A stretch of DNA of 62,281 nt, the filler included. It is 4 parts of 4 records of this genome, joined end to end, with 100 filler letters (N's around TTAATTAATTAA, not from the genome) between each part and the next. Parts side by side here need not be neighbours in the genome. Positions count along the whole stretch, not along the records: positions 6,497 to 13,634 come from SRR20825019_2669; positions 13,735 to 45,373 come from SRR20825019_2672; 2 more parts are not named here. The stretch is one strand, 5' to 3'. The position numbers and the translations under genes were made by a program. Below the pieces are notes generated by a model. It saw nothing but the letters and a program-made list of their open reading frames with translations, was not told the DNA's origin and ran no database searches. Position 1 is the first letter of the stretch; each line of letters begins with the position of its first letter. This document shows, in pieces, positions 9,218 through 19,581 of this stretch.

Positions 9218-9985
9218 TTAAAGAACGGAAATCATGCCGCCATCGGCATAGATGATCTGACCGTTCACATAGTTGGATGCATCCGAGCAGAGATAAATCG
9301 CCGTGCCGATCAGCTCGTCAGGCCGGCCCCAGCGCCGTGCGGGGGTGCGTGCCTTGACCCAGGCGTCAAATTCCGGGTTGGATGTGAGCGCTTCGTTCAT
9401 GTCTGTGAGCATGTAACCCGGACCGATCGCGTTGGCCTGAAGGCCGTGTTCGCCCCATTCGGCTGCCATCGCCTTGGTCAGCATTTTGATGCCGCCCTTG
9501 GCGACGGTGTAGGGGGCGACGGTGGCGCGCGCCAGTTCGCTTGTCAGCGATCCGATATTGACGATTTTGCCATGCCCCCGTTTGACCATGCGTTTGGCGG
9601 CTTCGCGGCCAATCATGAAGGCAGATGTCAGATTGGTATCAATCACGCGCTGCCAGTCGGCGGTATCGAGTTCCAGCATGGGTTTGCGGAACTGGATACC
9701 GGCGTTATTGATCAAGATGTCGATCTGCATACCGGCGGTATCGAAGCGGTCAAAAGCGGCTTTGATTGCGGCTTCGTCGGTGACGTCAAACAGGGACATA
9801 TCGACTTTCATGCCGGCATCAGACATTTCCTTGCAGGCCTGCGACAGACGTTCGGAATTGGTGCCGTTCAGGATGACGGTAGCCCCGGCCGCAGCCAGAC
9901 CTTCGGCAAAGGCGCGACCAAGACCGCGGGAAGAGCCGGTTATGAGGGCTGTTTTACCGGCGAGCGAGAAAAGTTCGAGAGACAT
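9218..9985 (-). CDS. idnO: Gluconate 5-dehydrogenase (SDR)
   Basis: TGSSRGLG, NNAGIQ.R, SELAR..APYTVAKGG and RTPA.RWG motifs. Confidence 0.88.
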   Translation of the reverse strand: MSLELFSLAGKTALITGSSRGLGRAFAEGLAAAGATVILNGTNSERLSQACKEMSDAGMKVDMSLFDVTDEAAIKAAFDRFDTAGMQIDILINNAGIQFRKPMLELDTADWQRVIDTNLTSAFMIGREAAKRMVKRGHGKIVNIGSLTSELARATVAPYTVAKGGIKMLTKAMAAEWGEHGLQANAIGPGYMLTDMNEALTSNPEFDAWVKARTPARRWGRPDELIGTAIYLCSDASNYVNGQIIYADGGMISVL

Positions 9986-10009
9986 GTTTCCTCCAACGGG
10001 CTTTTATTT

Positions 10010-11209
10010 TCAGGCTTTGCTTTCGCGGACGGTCAGGTCGCTGCGATCAAAGAAGGTCTTCTGCAATTCGACACCAAGGCCGGGGCCTTCCATCGGATAG
10101 ACATAACCGTTCTCGATTTTTGGAACAGCGGTCACCAGTTCATTGTACCAACCCTTGTAGAAGGCGCGGACACTTTCCTGAATGAGGGTGTTTGGCTGGC
10201 TGAACGACATGTGAATGGCGGCGGCAAAACCAACCGGCCCAATGCAGTCATGCGGGGCAAACGGGCGATGCCATGTTTCGGCCAGGGCGGCGATTTTTTT
10301 GCCTTCGGTAAGGCCGCCGGTCCAGCACAGGTCCACCATGACCACATGGGTTGCGTCGCGGTCGAGCATGTCCTTGTAGGGCCAGCGTGATCCCAGTGTT
10401 TCACTGGCACAGGTCCAGACATCGGTGGATGCGGCAAATTCAGCCAGAGCCTGCGGCGAGTTCATGCGGATCGGGTCTTCGTACCAGGTCGGGCTGAACT
10501 GTTCGAGTTCGCGGGCGATCTTCTTGGCGGTCGGCAGGTTCCATTGGGAATGGAATTCCACCATGATTTCCATTCTGTCGCCCACGGCCTTGCGGATTTC
10601 TTCGAAGGGACGGATCGCCTTTTTCATCTGTTCGGCGGTGATGTACTGACCGCGTGTTTCGGCCGCCATCGGATCAAATGGCCAGATTTTCATGGCCGTG
10701 ATGCCGGATTCCAGAAGGTTTTCGGCCAATTGGGCCGGGCGGTTCATGAAACCGTCCAGATCCTCATAGGGGCCTTCCGGTTCGCCAAGGTTCCAGTTCG
10801 ATACGGGTTTGATATTGTTGGTGCGGACATAGCGATAGCCGGCACAGGTGTTGTAAATCCGGATTTTGTCCCAGCACAAACCGCCCAGCATCTGATGGAC
10901 GGGCTGGTCGCAGACCTTGCCAAAGATGTCCCAAAGGGCAATGTCGATGGCAGATGCGGCACGATATTCAGCGCCCGTCGATGACTGTGCCATCGGCAGG
11001 TTGACCATTTCCTTGTGCAGGGCTTCGATGTGAAGGGGGTTCTGCCCGATCAGGCGTCCTGCCAGCGTGTCGTGAATGTGTGCTTCGACCGCACCGGCAC
11101 CATAGAAGGTTTCGCCAAGGCCGGTAATGCCCGCATCCGTTTCGACATGGACCCACAGGACATTGGCAAATTCGTCTACGCGGTAGGTTTTGATTGCTGT
11201 GATCTTCAT
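10010..11209 (-). CDS. Mandelate racemase/MLE (enolase superfamily) sugar-acid dehydratase
   Basis: GLGET, SAIDIALWD, KIWPFD, MVEFH, WYEDP, SETL and PHDC motifs. Confidence 0.85.
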   Translation of the reverse strand: MKITAIKTYRVDEFANVLWVHVETDAGITGLGETFYGAGAVEAHIHDTLAGRLIGQNPLHIEALHKEMVNLPMAQSSTGAEYRAASAIDIALWDIFGKVCDQPVHQMLGGLCWDKIRIYNTCAGYRYVRTNNIKPVSNWNLGEPEGPYEDLDGFMNRPAQLAENLLESGITAMKIWPFDPMAAETRGQYITAEQMKKAIRPFEEIRKAVGDRMEIMVEFHSQWNLPTAKKIARELEQFSPTWYEDPIRMNSPQALAEFAASTDVWTCASETLGSRWPYKDMLDRDATHVVMVDLCWTGGLTEGKKIAALAETWHRPFAPHDCIGPVGFAAAIHMSFSQPNTLIQESVRAFYKGWYNELVTAVPKIENGYVYPMEGPGLGVELQKTFFDRSDLTVRESKA

Positions 11210-11228
11210 TTTTTTATCCGAATTCAGA

Positions 11229-12533
11229 TTAATTGAGTATTTCCGGGAGCCATAGCGCGATGGACGGGAAGGTGAGCATCAGCGCCAGGAAGGCGATCTG
11301 AATGAGCATGAAAGGCCAGAGAGACGCGAAAATCGTCTGAAGGGTGATTTCCGGCGGGGCGACGCTTTTGAGATAGAAAGCGGCCGGACCAAAAGGTGGT
11401 GAGAGGAATGCCACCTGCATGGTCAGCGAGAAAAGCACCCCGAACCATACCGGGTCATAGCCAAGCTGGGTGACGATCGGCACAAAGATCGGAATGGTCA
11501 GAAGCAGGATGCCAATCCAGTCCATGAACAGCCCAAGGACGATGAAGATCGCCATCATCAGCATGATCGTGACAACAGGCGCGATATCCAGACCGGTGAT
11601 CATGCCGGTGACAAAACGCTGGCCGCCCGAAAGATTGTAAATCGCGATCAGCGATGCCGCGCCAAACGTCACCCACAGGATAATCCCGCAGGATTGCAGG
11701 GTGCGTGTCAGGGCCTGCCACAGCATGGTTATGTTCAGTTCGGATCGCAGGGCGATGATGAGGATGGAGACACCAACCGCGATGCCCGCGGCCTCGGTAA
11801 TGGAGGTCACCCCACCGTAAATGCAGCCAAAAACGATGCCGATCAGAACAAGCAGCGGCAGAACGCCGCGTAAGAAATCCTGTTTTGTGAAGGGCTCGGT
11901 CTTTTCCGGTGCCTTTGGGGTCAGGGCCGGATTAAGCGTGCAGCGAATATAGATATAGGCGAAATACGCAAAGGCGAGCGCGAAGCCCGGTACGAAGGAC
12001 GCCAGAAAGAGCTTTTGCACCGAGACGTCGGCGGTCAGGCCGTAAATGATCAGGACAATCGAGGGCGGCACCATTGTGCCGAGTGACCCGCCCGCGCAGA
12101 TGATCCCGATGGAGAGTTTCCGGTCATATTGCAGGCGCATCATCTGTGGCAGGGCAATCAGACCAAGCAGAACGATTTCGCCGCCGATGATGCCGCTGAT
12201 GGCGGCCATGAAAACGGAAATGATCAGGGTTACGGTCGCAACGCCGCCCTTCAGATTTCCGAAAACCTTGAACAGGGCATCGTATAGATCCTGCGCCAGC
12301 CGGGAGCGTTCCAGCAGGGTTGCCATCAGAATGAAAAGCGGCACGGACAGCAGCGAATATTCGGTCGCAAGCCCGTAAACCGTTTTATGGGCAAGTGCGA
12401 TGACCGCCGGACCGAATTTAAGATAACTGACGAGGACGGCAAGCGACCCGGCGGCGAAAGCCAGCGGAACACCCAGCGCCATCAGGGCAAAGACGCCACC
12501 GACGAGGATAATGGAAATGAGTTCAATCGACAC
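11229..12533 (-). CDS. dctM: TRAP transporter large permease
   Basis: SVPLFILM, GGSLGTMVPPS and LSPPFG motifs; GTG start at 12533 with GGAGG RBS. Confidence 0.92.
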   Translation of the reverse strand: MSIELISIILVGGVFALMALGVPLAFAAGSLAVLVSYLKFGPAVIALAHKTVYGLATEYSLLSVPLFILMATLLERSRLAQDLYDALFKVFGNLKGGVATVTLIISVFMAAISGIIGGEIVLLGLIALPQMMRLQYDRKLSIGIICAGGSLGTMVPPSIVLIIYGLTADVSVQKLFLASFVPGFALAFAYFAYIYIRCTLNPALTPKAPEKTEPFTKQDFLRGVLPLLVLIGIVFGCIYGGVTSITEAAGIAVGVSILIIALRSELNITMLWQALTRTLQSCGIILWVTFGAASLIAIYNLSGGQRFVTGMITGLDIAPVVTIMLMMAIFIVLGLFMDWIGILLLTIPIFVPIVTQLGYDPVWFGVLFSLTMQVAFLSPPFGPAAFYLKSVAPPEITLQTIFASLWPFMLIQIAFLALMLTFPSIALWLPEILN

Positions 12534-13050
12534 GGTTGTCCTCCGTGACTGATTCTGCGGTGTCGGCGGGGATGCCACGGAACCTTTTGACGCAGTTGAT
12601 GATCGCGTAAAGCGCCATCAAACCGGTTGTCAGAACAATGAGCGGCTTGACCGTTGCCGGGATCGGCGGGTTCCATGCCGTGCCAAACGGTTCCCAATTC
12701 ATCAGGGATTGCCACGAACTGGGCGCGCCGAACCATGCAATGCCCAGACAGAATGTCAGGCAGCAGGCCAGCGTGATGAGATCAAATATGCGCTGAAGCC
12801 ATGCGGGGCTTGCGTCATAGAGGACGGTAATTCTGAGATGCTGGTCTCTTTGCATGGCATAGAGGCCTGCGGCCAGAAACAGGATTGCCGAGAGCCACAA
12901 GGCCAGTTCATTGGCCCAGATTGTCGGGGTTCTGAATATGTAGCGTGCGATGACTTCGTAAAAAGTCACCCCGACAATGATCAAAAGAAGAAGGGAAAAT
13001 AGTGCGACGACGAATTGAAAGCTGCGCACGCGTTTCGGGGTTGCCTGCAT
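12523..13050 (-). CDS. dctQ: TRAP transporter small permease
   Basis: Four TM segments; EVIARY.F..PTIW..EL and HLRI motifs. Confidence 0.9.
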   Translation of the reverse strand: MQATPKRVRSFQFVVALFSLLLLIIVGVTFYEVIARYIFRTPTIWANELALWLSAILFLAAGLYAMQRDQHLRITVLYDASPAWLQRIFDLITLACCLTFCLGIAWFGAPSSWQSLMNWEPFGTAWNPPIPATVKPLIVLTTGLMALYAIINCVKRFRGIPADTAESVTEDNRVD

Positions 13051-13114
13051 CGCGGACCTCCAGAAAAGCCCCCGGGGGAGAAACCCCCGAGGATCAGAAT
13101 GACGGACTTGCTGG

Positions 13115-13634
13115 TTAGTCGAGGATGCCGTTTTTCTTCATGTAGGCGATATGTGCGTCATAGGCCGCCTTGGCTTCGGGGCTCCGCGTTGCCCAGTCGG
13201 CCCACACTTCCTGTGCCGCCTTGCGGAATGCCAGACGGTCTTCGTTGCTCCAGTCTTCGAGGGTGACGCCGGCTTCGGTCAGTTCCTTGGCGGCTTCCTG
13301 ATCAAGCTTGTTTGATTCTGCGATGACTTCCGGGGCAATCGTTGCTATGGCGTCCTGCATGGCCTTTTGCTGGGTGTCGTTCAGCGCATTCCATTTTTCG
13401 AGATTGATCGCGATATGTTCGATTGGCATGGAATGGAAGCCAGGATAGGTCGCGTATTTGGCGATGTCATAGAGGCCGAGTTTCTTGTTCACGGCGAGCG
13501 TGGAGGCATCGGCCCCCGAAACCGTGCCGGTGGACATGGCGGTGAACACCTCGCCAAACGGCATCACAACCGGGCCTGCGCCAAGTTTCTGGAAAATTTC
13601 GGATTCCATGCCCGGAGGCGAGCGGAATTTCCAG
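13115..13634 (-). CDS. dctP: TRAP substrate-binding protein, 5' end cut by linker
   Basis: KFR.PPG...FQKLGA.PV.MPFGEVFTAM.TG motif. Confidence 0.9.
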
Positions 13635-13734
13635 NNNNNNNNNNNNNNNNNNNNNNNNNNNNNNNNNNNNNNNNNNNNTTAATTAATTAANNNNNNNNNN
13701 NNNNNNNNNNNNNNNNNNNNNNNNNNNNNNNNNN
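13635..13734. other. Artificial contig linker
   Basis: N44-TTAATTAATTAA-N44. Confidence 0.99.
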
Positions 13735-15066
13735 GTGCCGATTGGCTGGGGCCAGGAAATGCGCGACCAAACCGCCCTGGTGCGCGAAGCCAGCAAATGG
13801 GATTATGAGCTGCGCTTTCCTGAACAGGTCGGGGAGCTGGCCGACCGCGCCTATGCGATTGCCAATTCGACGCCGAAGGGCCCGGTCTATGTATCTCTGC
13901 CCCGCGAAGTGCTGTGCGAAGGCTATGCGGGTCCGGATGTGGCAAGGCCGCTGAGCATGCAGCCGGCGCAGATTGCGGCGGATCGGGCCCTGATTGCCGA
14001 TCTCGCCCGGCGTATTGCCGCAGCGAAATTTCCGGTGATCTTTGCCCAGCATGGTTCCGGCAGCGCCGAGGCCTTCGCTGCGCTCTCGGCCCTGGTGGAG
14101 CGCTGGGCGATCCCGGTATGCCAATATTGGGCTCTGCAACTGGCGCTGCCGACCGATCATGCCATGCATGCCGGCGCCAGTCCGGCACAACTTCTGGAAC
14201 AGGCCGATCTCGTCATCGTGCTGGACAGTCTCGCGCCCTGGTCGCAGCAGGCGCATGTGGTGCGGGACGATGCGACAGTGGTCCATATCGGACCTGACCC
14301 GCTCAAAGCCCGGACGCCGATCCGCAATTTCCGCTCGGATATTTCCATTGCCAGCGAATTGACCGACGCCATTCTGGCGCTGCAATCCGCATTGGACGCT
14401 CACGAACCGGGTGATGTCGTGGCGACACGTCGCAGTGAGACCGTGGGGCGCAATGCGGCGACCCGGCAGGCGGCCCTCGCCAAAGCCGAGGCGGGGCGCA
14501 ACGGGGTGATGAGCGCCGACTACGTCGCCCGGGTCGTGTCGGACGCCATTGCCGGGCGCAATGCGATCCTGCTTTCCGAACGCGGCTGCCCGATGGGTGC
14601 GATGACCCTTTCCCACCACCAGGCCTGGTATCAGGAGCCGCATGCGGGGGGCCTTGGCTGGTCCTTCCCGGCAGCGCTCGGCATGCAGCTGGCCGACCGG
14701 GAGCGCCTCGTCGTCGCGACGATGGGCGACGGCTCCTACATGTTCGCCAATCCGGTCGCCTGCCACCAGATCGCGGAGGCGCTGGAGCTACCAGTTCTGG
14801 TCATCATCATGAACAATGCCGAATGGGCCGCGGTGCGCCATTCGGTCACCGACATCTATCCCGATGGCTATGCCGCCAAGGCCAACCAGATGCCGCTGAC
14901 CGCGCTCAATCCCAGCCCGGATTTCGTGCAGGTCGCCAGAGCCAGCCGTGCCTTTGCGGCCAGGGTCAACAACGCAACCGAACTAACCGAGGGTCTCAAG
15001 AACGCCCTCGCCCACATCGCCGACAAGCGCGGTCCCGCGCTGCTCGACGTCACCATGCGCAACTGA
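13735..15066 (+). CDS. ThDP-dependent enzyme (ALS/benzoylformate decarboxylase superfamily), 5' end truncated
   Basis: PKGPVYVSLPRE, GGLGW and GDGS...NN ThDP-binding motif. Confidence 0.9.
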   Translation: MPIGWGQEMRDQTALVREASKWDYELRFPEQVGELADRAYAIANSTPKGPVYVSLPREVLCEGYAGPDVARPLSMQPAQIAADRALIADLARRIAAAKFPVIFAQHGSGSAEAFAALSALVERWAIPVCQYWALQLALPTDHAMHAGASPAQLLEQADLVIVLDSLAPWSQQAHVVRDDATVVHIGPDPLKARTPIRNFRSDISIASELTDAILALQSALDAHEPGDVVATRRSETVGRNAATRQAALAKAEAGRNGVMSADYVARVVSDAIAGRNAILLSERGCPMGAMTLSHHQAWYQEPHAGGLGWSFPAALGMQLADRERLVVATMGDGSYMFANPVACHQIAEALELPVLVIIMNNAEWAAVRHSVTDIYPDGYAAKANQMPLTALNPSPDFVQVARASRAFAARVNNATELTEGLKNALAHIADKRGPALLDVTMRN

Positions 15067-15093
15067 AGCGCAGCAAAGAAGAGGAGGCCCTCA

Positions 15094-15627
15094 ATGCCCG
15101 AAAAAGCCGAGAATGAATTCTGGAAGGATCTGAAACCCATCACCAAGGTGTTCCAGCCCGATGCGCTGCCCGAGGTGTATCTGGCCAATGCGCCCACCGA
15201 GGACGAGCGCTACTACGTGCCCTTTACCGAGACCGTCTCGTCGCGCCCCTTGTGGATTTCACCGACGCAGAACAAGTGGTGCGATATTCTGATGGCCAAA
15301 AAGGCGGGCCTAGTGAACCGGCACTATCACCCCCATGAGGTGTTTGCGCTGACCCTGTCTGGCAAATGGGGCTATCTCGAGCACGACTGGACCGCCACCA
15401 AGGGCGATTTCGTTTATGAAACCCCCGGCGAGGGTCATACGCTGGTCGCCTATGAGCACGAAGAGCCGATGCGTGTGTTCTTCACTGTCACCGGCCCGTT
15501 GATCTGGCTGGACGAGGATGGCGAGCCGAACGGCTTTTTCGATGTCCACAACTACATCGCCATGTGCCGGGAGCATTACGAGAAGGTCGGCATTGGCGCA
15601 GACTATGTGAATTCGCTGTTCCGCTAG
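15094..15627 (+). CDS. dad: 2,4'-dihydroxyacetophenone dioxygenase (cupin)
   Basis: 177 aa; YVPFTETV.SRPLWISP, NRHYHPHEV, GKWGYLEHDW and YETPGEGHTL match the DAD family as I recall it; His triad present. Confidence 0.88.
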   Translation: MPEKAENEFWKDLKPITKVFQPDALPEVYLANAPTEDERYYVPFTETVSSRPLWISPTQNKWCDILMAKKAGLVNRHYHPHEVFALTLSGKWGYLEHDWTATKGDFVYETPGEGHTLVAYEHEEPMRVFFTVTGPLIWLDEDGEPNGFFDVHNYIAMCREHYEKVGIGADYVNSLFR

Positions 15628-15639
15628 GGTGGCCCCTTC

Positions 15640-15666
15640 CTACCCTCCCCCCAGAGGGGAGGGTAG
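15640..15666. repeat. GC-rich REP-like hairpin between convergent genes
   Basis: CTACCCTCCCC-CCAGA-GGGGAGGGTAG; related to the element at 43459. Confidence 0.6.
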
Positions 15667-15738
15667 TGGAGCTTGGGCGCCTTGCGCCTTAGCGAAACTC
15701 AGGAGGGGGTGCTGCGTGCTGAGCGAGCCCCTTCTCGA

Positions 15739-17190
15739 TCAGATCGGGTAGTGGATAGGGCCGTCCTGCACGGTGATCCAGCGCAGTTCGGTGAACTCGG
15801 CAATGCCCCAATTGCCGCCGAAGCGGCCATAGCCGGAGGCTTTGACGCCGCCAAAGGGCATTTGCGCCTCGTCGTGCACCGTGGGGCCATTGACGTGGCA
15901 GATGCCGCTTTCGATCCGCCGCGCCACGGCCAGTGCCCGATTGACGTCCTTGCCGAAGACGGCGGAGGAGAGGCCATATTCGGTGTCATTGGCCACCCGC
16001 ACGGCCTCGTCGATCGAGCTGACCCGCACAACGGTCACCACAGGCCCGAAGGATTCCTCGGCATAGATGCGCATGGAGGGGGTGACCTTGTCGAGCAGGG
16101 TCGCATCGATCAGCGTGCCGTCGATCCTGCCGCCGGCAGCCAGCACAGCGCCCTTGGCGGTCGCGTCCTTGACCAGTTGTTCGAGCCGCGTTGCGGCCGT
16201 GGCATCGACCACCGAACCGAGCGGAGTCTGGCCCGTGGTCGGATCGCCCGCCACCAGGGTCCTGGCCTTTTCCGCGAGCTTTTCGACAAAGGCATCGGCC
16301 ACGCTGTCCATGACGACGATGCGCTCGGTCGACATGCAGATCTGCCCCTGGTTCATATAGGCGCCGAAGGCCGCTGCGGCGACAGCCTCATCGAGGTCCG
16401 CATCATCGAGCACGACGAAAGGCGCCTTGCCGCCCAGTTCGAGCAGAGCAGGCTTTAAATACCGCCCGGCCTTTTCGCCGATGATGCGACCGACGCGGGT
16501 GGACCCCGTGAAGTTGACGCGGCGGATTGCCGGATGGGCAATCAGGGTTTCGACGATCTCACTGGCATCCTGGGGGGCATTGGACACCGCGTTGAGCGCG
16601 CCCTTGGGGAGCCCCGCTTCAAGCAGGCTTTCGACGATCAGGCGATGGGTGCGCGGGCAAAGCTCGGATGTCTTCATCACCACCGTATTGCCGCAGGCCA
16701 GCGGCGTTGCCAGCGAGCGGACGCCCAGAATGACCGGAGCATTCCAGGGCGCCATGGCCAGCACCACGCCAGCGGGCTGGCGCACCGCCATGGCGGTCGA
16801 GCCGGGGCGGTTGGAGGGCACGATCTCGCCCTTGATCTGGGTCACAAGGCTCGCAGCCTCGCGCAGCATGTCCGCACCCAGCATGACGTTGAACATGGCC
16901 CAGCCGGCGGTGGCGCCGATTTCCGCGCCCATGGCCTCGACAAAGAGCGGGCCTTTCTCCTCGAGGATCTCAGCGGCCTTGAGCAGTATCTTGCGACGCT
17001 CCCTGGGGACGCTGCGCGACCATTCGGGAAAGGCCGCAGCGGCGGCATCGGCGGCGCGCTGCGCGTCATCCACGCTTGCCGCTGCAGCGCGGGTCGCGAC
17101 CTCGCCGGTGATCGGGTTCTTGCGTTCGAAAACGCGGCCATCCGAGGCCCGTTGATCTTCATTGCCAATGAGCAAGCCCAACTGGTCCAT
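15739..17190 (-). CDS. Aromatic aldehyde dehydrogenase (vanillin/benzaldehyde dehydrogenase-like)
   Basis: APWNAP, FTGST, ELGGK, GQICMS, EESFGP and GPTVHDEAQMPFGG motifs. Confidence 0.9.
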   Translation of the reverse strand: MDQLGLLIGNEDQRASDGRVFERKNPITGEVATRAAAASVDDAQRAADAAAAAFPEWSRSVPRERRKILLKAAEILEEKGPLFVEAMGAEIGATAGWAMFNVMLGADMLREAASLVTQIKGEIVPSNRPGSTAMAVRQPAGVVLAMAPWNAPVILGVRSLATPLACGNTVVMKTSELCPRTHRLIVESLLEAGLPKGALNAVSNAPQDASEIVETLIAHPAIRRVNFTGSTRVGRIIGEKAGRYLKPALLELGGKAPFVVLDDADLDEAVAAAAFGAYMNQGQICMSTERIVVMDSVADAFVEKLAEKARTLVAGDPTTGQTPLGSVVDATAATRLEQLVKDATAKGAVLAAGGRIDGTLIDATLLDKVTPSMRIYAEESFGPVVTVVRVSSIDEAVRVANDTEYGLSSAVFGKDVNRALAVARRIESGICHVNGPTVHDEAQMPFGGVKASGYGRFGGNWGIAEFTELRWITVQDGPIHYPI

Positions 17191-17214
17191 TGCCCTTCTC
17201 CTTCTACTATCGTG

Positions 17215-17931
17215 TCAAGCGGCTGCGCCGCCCAGGAAAGCCTGTTGCACTGCCTTGTCGGTCTTGAGCGCCTCGGCAGAATTTTCACCAACAATGCGGC
17301 CGGCCTCCATGAGGTAGCCGCGATCGGAAATCGACAGAGAGATCGACACATTCTGTTCGACCAGCAGCAGCCCGACGCCCGTCTCCCTGACGCGCCGGAG
17401 CGCCCCGAAGAGTTCGGTGACGACGATGGGCGCAAGGCCCAGGCTTGGCTCGTCGAGCATGAGAAAGCGCGGATTGCTCATCAGGGCGCGGCCAATGGCC
17501 ACCATCTGCTGCTCGCCCCCCGACATGGTGCGCACGAGCTGGTTCTTGCGTTCCGCAAGGCGCGGAAACAGATCGTAGATCAGGCCATTGCGATCAGCCT
17601 CGCTGGCGCGGGCGCGTCTGGGATTAGCGCCAAGAGCCAGGTTTTCCTCCACGCTCAAATCGCCGAACACACCACGCCCTTCGGGCACGAGGGCAATGCC
17701 TGCCTCAGGGATGAGATGGGGTCTGGTGCCCAGAATGGACCGGTCATCAAGCCGGACGTCGGAGCCTTTTTCGGCCCTGGCCAGGCCGGAAATGGCCTTG
17801 AGCAACGAGGACTTGCCGGCGCCATTGGCACCCAGGATAACCACGGTTTCGCCTTCGGCGATACGGATGGAAATATCGTTGAGCGCCAGGTGCCGGCCAT
17901 AGCGCAGCGACAGATTGCGGGTCTCAAGCAT
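17215..17931 (-). CDS. HAAT (Liv-type) ABC ATP-binding protein, LivF-like
   Basis: GANGAGKS, MSGGEQQM and LDEPSLGLAP motifs. Confidence 0.92.
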   Translation of the reverse strand: MLETRNLSLRYGRHLALNDISIRIAEGETVVILGANGAGKSSLLKAISGLARAEKGSDVRLDDRSILGTRPHLIPEAGIALVPEGRGVFGDLSVEENLALGANPRRARASEADRNGLIYDLFPRLAERKNQLVRTMSGGEQQMVAIGRALMSNPRFLMLDEPSLGLAPIVVTELFGALRRVRETGVGLLLVEQNVSISLSISDRGYLMEAGRIVGENSAEALKTDKAVQQAFLGGAAA

Positions 17932-18652
17932 GGCCGTCTCCCAGATAGGCCGAGATTACGGCCGGATCCGCCAGCACATCGGCGGTCGGGCCATCGGCAA
18001 TTTTGCTGCCCACATTCATCACCACGGCGCGGCTGCACAGCGCCCGCACCGCTTCCATGATGTGTTCGACCAAGAGCACGGTCATGCCACGCTGGCCAAG
18101 CGAGGTGATGAGGTCGATGCCGGTGCGCAATTCTGTCGGGTTGAGGCCCGAGAGCCATTCATCGAGCAGCAGCAGGCGCGGCTCGGCGGCGAGGGCTCGG
18201 GCCAGCTCCATGCGCTTCTGGTCGATATAGGTAAGGTCATTGGCGTGTTCGTCGCCACGGCCACCCAGGCCCACTTCGGCCAGCAATTGCTCGGCCCGGT
18301 GCCGCGCCTCCTTGCCCCAGAGGTGGTCGGGACGAAAGGCGAGAGCGGCAATGACGTTTTCGGCCACGGTGAGCGAAGGCAGGATGCGCACGAGCTGGAA
18401 GGTGCGCGCCACGCCCTTGTGGGCGATGCGATTGGGCGCCAGACCGCCGATGTTTTCTCCGGCCAGGGTAATGCCACCCGAGGTCGGTGCGAGGGCACCC
18501 GATATCATGTTGAGCACAGTGGTCTTGCCCGAGCCATTGGGGCCGAGCAGGGCAACAGTTTCCCCTTCAGCGACGGAGAAAGTCACCGCGTTGACGGCGG
18601 TCAGCCCGCCAAACTGCTTTTTGAGGTTCTGGATGTCGACAAGCGTGGTCAT
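17924..18652 (-). CDS. HAAT ABC ATP-binding protein, LivG-like
   Basis: FGGL.AV, GPNGSGKTT, RTFQ, VEH.M and AYLG motifs; ATG at 18652. Confidence 0.92.
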   Translation of the reverse strand: MTTLVDIQNLKKQFGGLTAVNAVTFSVAEGETVALLGPNGSGKTTVLNMISGALAPTSGGITLAGENIGGLAPNRIAHKGVARTFQLVRILPSLTVAENVIAALAFRPDHLWGKEARHRAEQLLAEVGLGGRGDEHANDLTYIDQKRMELARALAAEPRLLLLDEWLSGLNPTELRTGIDLITSLGQRGMTVLLVEHIMEAVRALCSRAVVMNVGSKIADGPTADVLADPAVISAYLGDGHA

Positions 18653-19581
18653 CAGGCTGCCTCCCCCCTGCGCATGCGCTTTACGAGGTCTTCCACCCCC
18701 GCGAGCACGCCGCGCGGCACCACGAAGACGATGGCAATGAACATCAGGCCCAGAATGATCGAATAGTGACTGGGGAAATTGGCGCTGAGCCATTCAAACA
18801 GCAGGAATAGCGGGATTGCCCCCAGCGCCGGGCCCCAGAGCCGATTGGCGCCGCCCAGCAGGGCCATGATGAGGGTGAGGAAGGAAATGGTCGGGTTAAA
18901 GACGATCGAGGGCTCGACATAGGTCCAGCGTGGCGCCTGGATGGCCCCGACCAGGGTGATGATGGTGGCACTGACCGCAAAGAGGGCAAGCTTGACCCCG
19001 GCTATGTTGATGCCGGTATGGGCCGCCACGGTTTCATCGTCACCGATGACCTTGAGCGCCAGGCCCAGCCGGGAGCGCGAGATGAACCAACCGATGGCAA
19101 CGGTGATGGCGGCCAGCCCCAGCAATTGCCAATAGATCTGCTCGGCGGTGATGGGCAGGAAGATGTAGCGCCCCAGCGTGCCGGTAATGTTGACCTCGTA
19201 CCAGGTGACGAGCTGGCGGATCAGTTCGGCCAGGCCGAAGGTGAAGATGACGAAATAGACGCCGGCCAGGCGCAAGGTGGCGAGCCCGACCACCAGCGCG
19301 ATGGCGAGGCCGATGGCGGCAGCGACCAGCAGCACCGCCCAATAGGGCAGCGTCTCGCTGAGCACGGCGACCGTATAAGCGCCGATGCCGAAGAAGGCGA
19401 CCGTGGCGAGAGACACATAGCGGGTGGGGCCGGAGAACAGCGCCCAGGCGCTGGCGAGCACGACATAGCCGGTCATGCCCAGCAACAGGCCCACGCCATA
19501 GGCGCCAAGCTGGGTCGGCAGAAAGGCCAGGGCAGCCAGGCCCAGGGCAACAAGAACAATGGCAAGAATGGTGCGGGTCAT
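18652..19581 (-). CDS. HAAT ABC permease, LivM-like
   Basis: LRLAGVYF and SRLGLAL..IGDDE motifs; hydrophobic. Confidence 0.9.
   Translation of the reverse strand: MTRTILAIVLVALGLAALAFLPTQLGAYGVGLLLGMTGYVVLASAWALFSGPTRYVSLATVAFFGIGAYTVAVLSETLPYWAVLLVAAAIGLAIALVVGLATLRLAGVYFVIFTFGLAELIRQLVTWYEVNITGTLGRYIFLPITAEQIYWQLLGLAAITVAIGWFISRSRLGLALKVIGDDETVAAHTGINIAGVKLALFAVSATIITLVGAIQAPRWTYVEPSIVFNPTISFLTLIMALLGGANRLWGPALGAIPLFLLFEWLSANFPSHYSIILGLMFIAIVFVVPRGVLAGVEDLVKRMRRGEAA

Noticed and set aside
13115-15066. Functional links across linkers (e.g. thiamine operon with the ThDP enzyme; sugar ABC with sox)
   Set aside because: Different contigs; adjacency is artificial.
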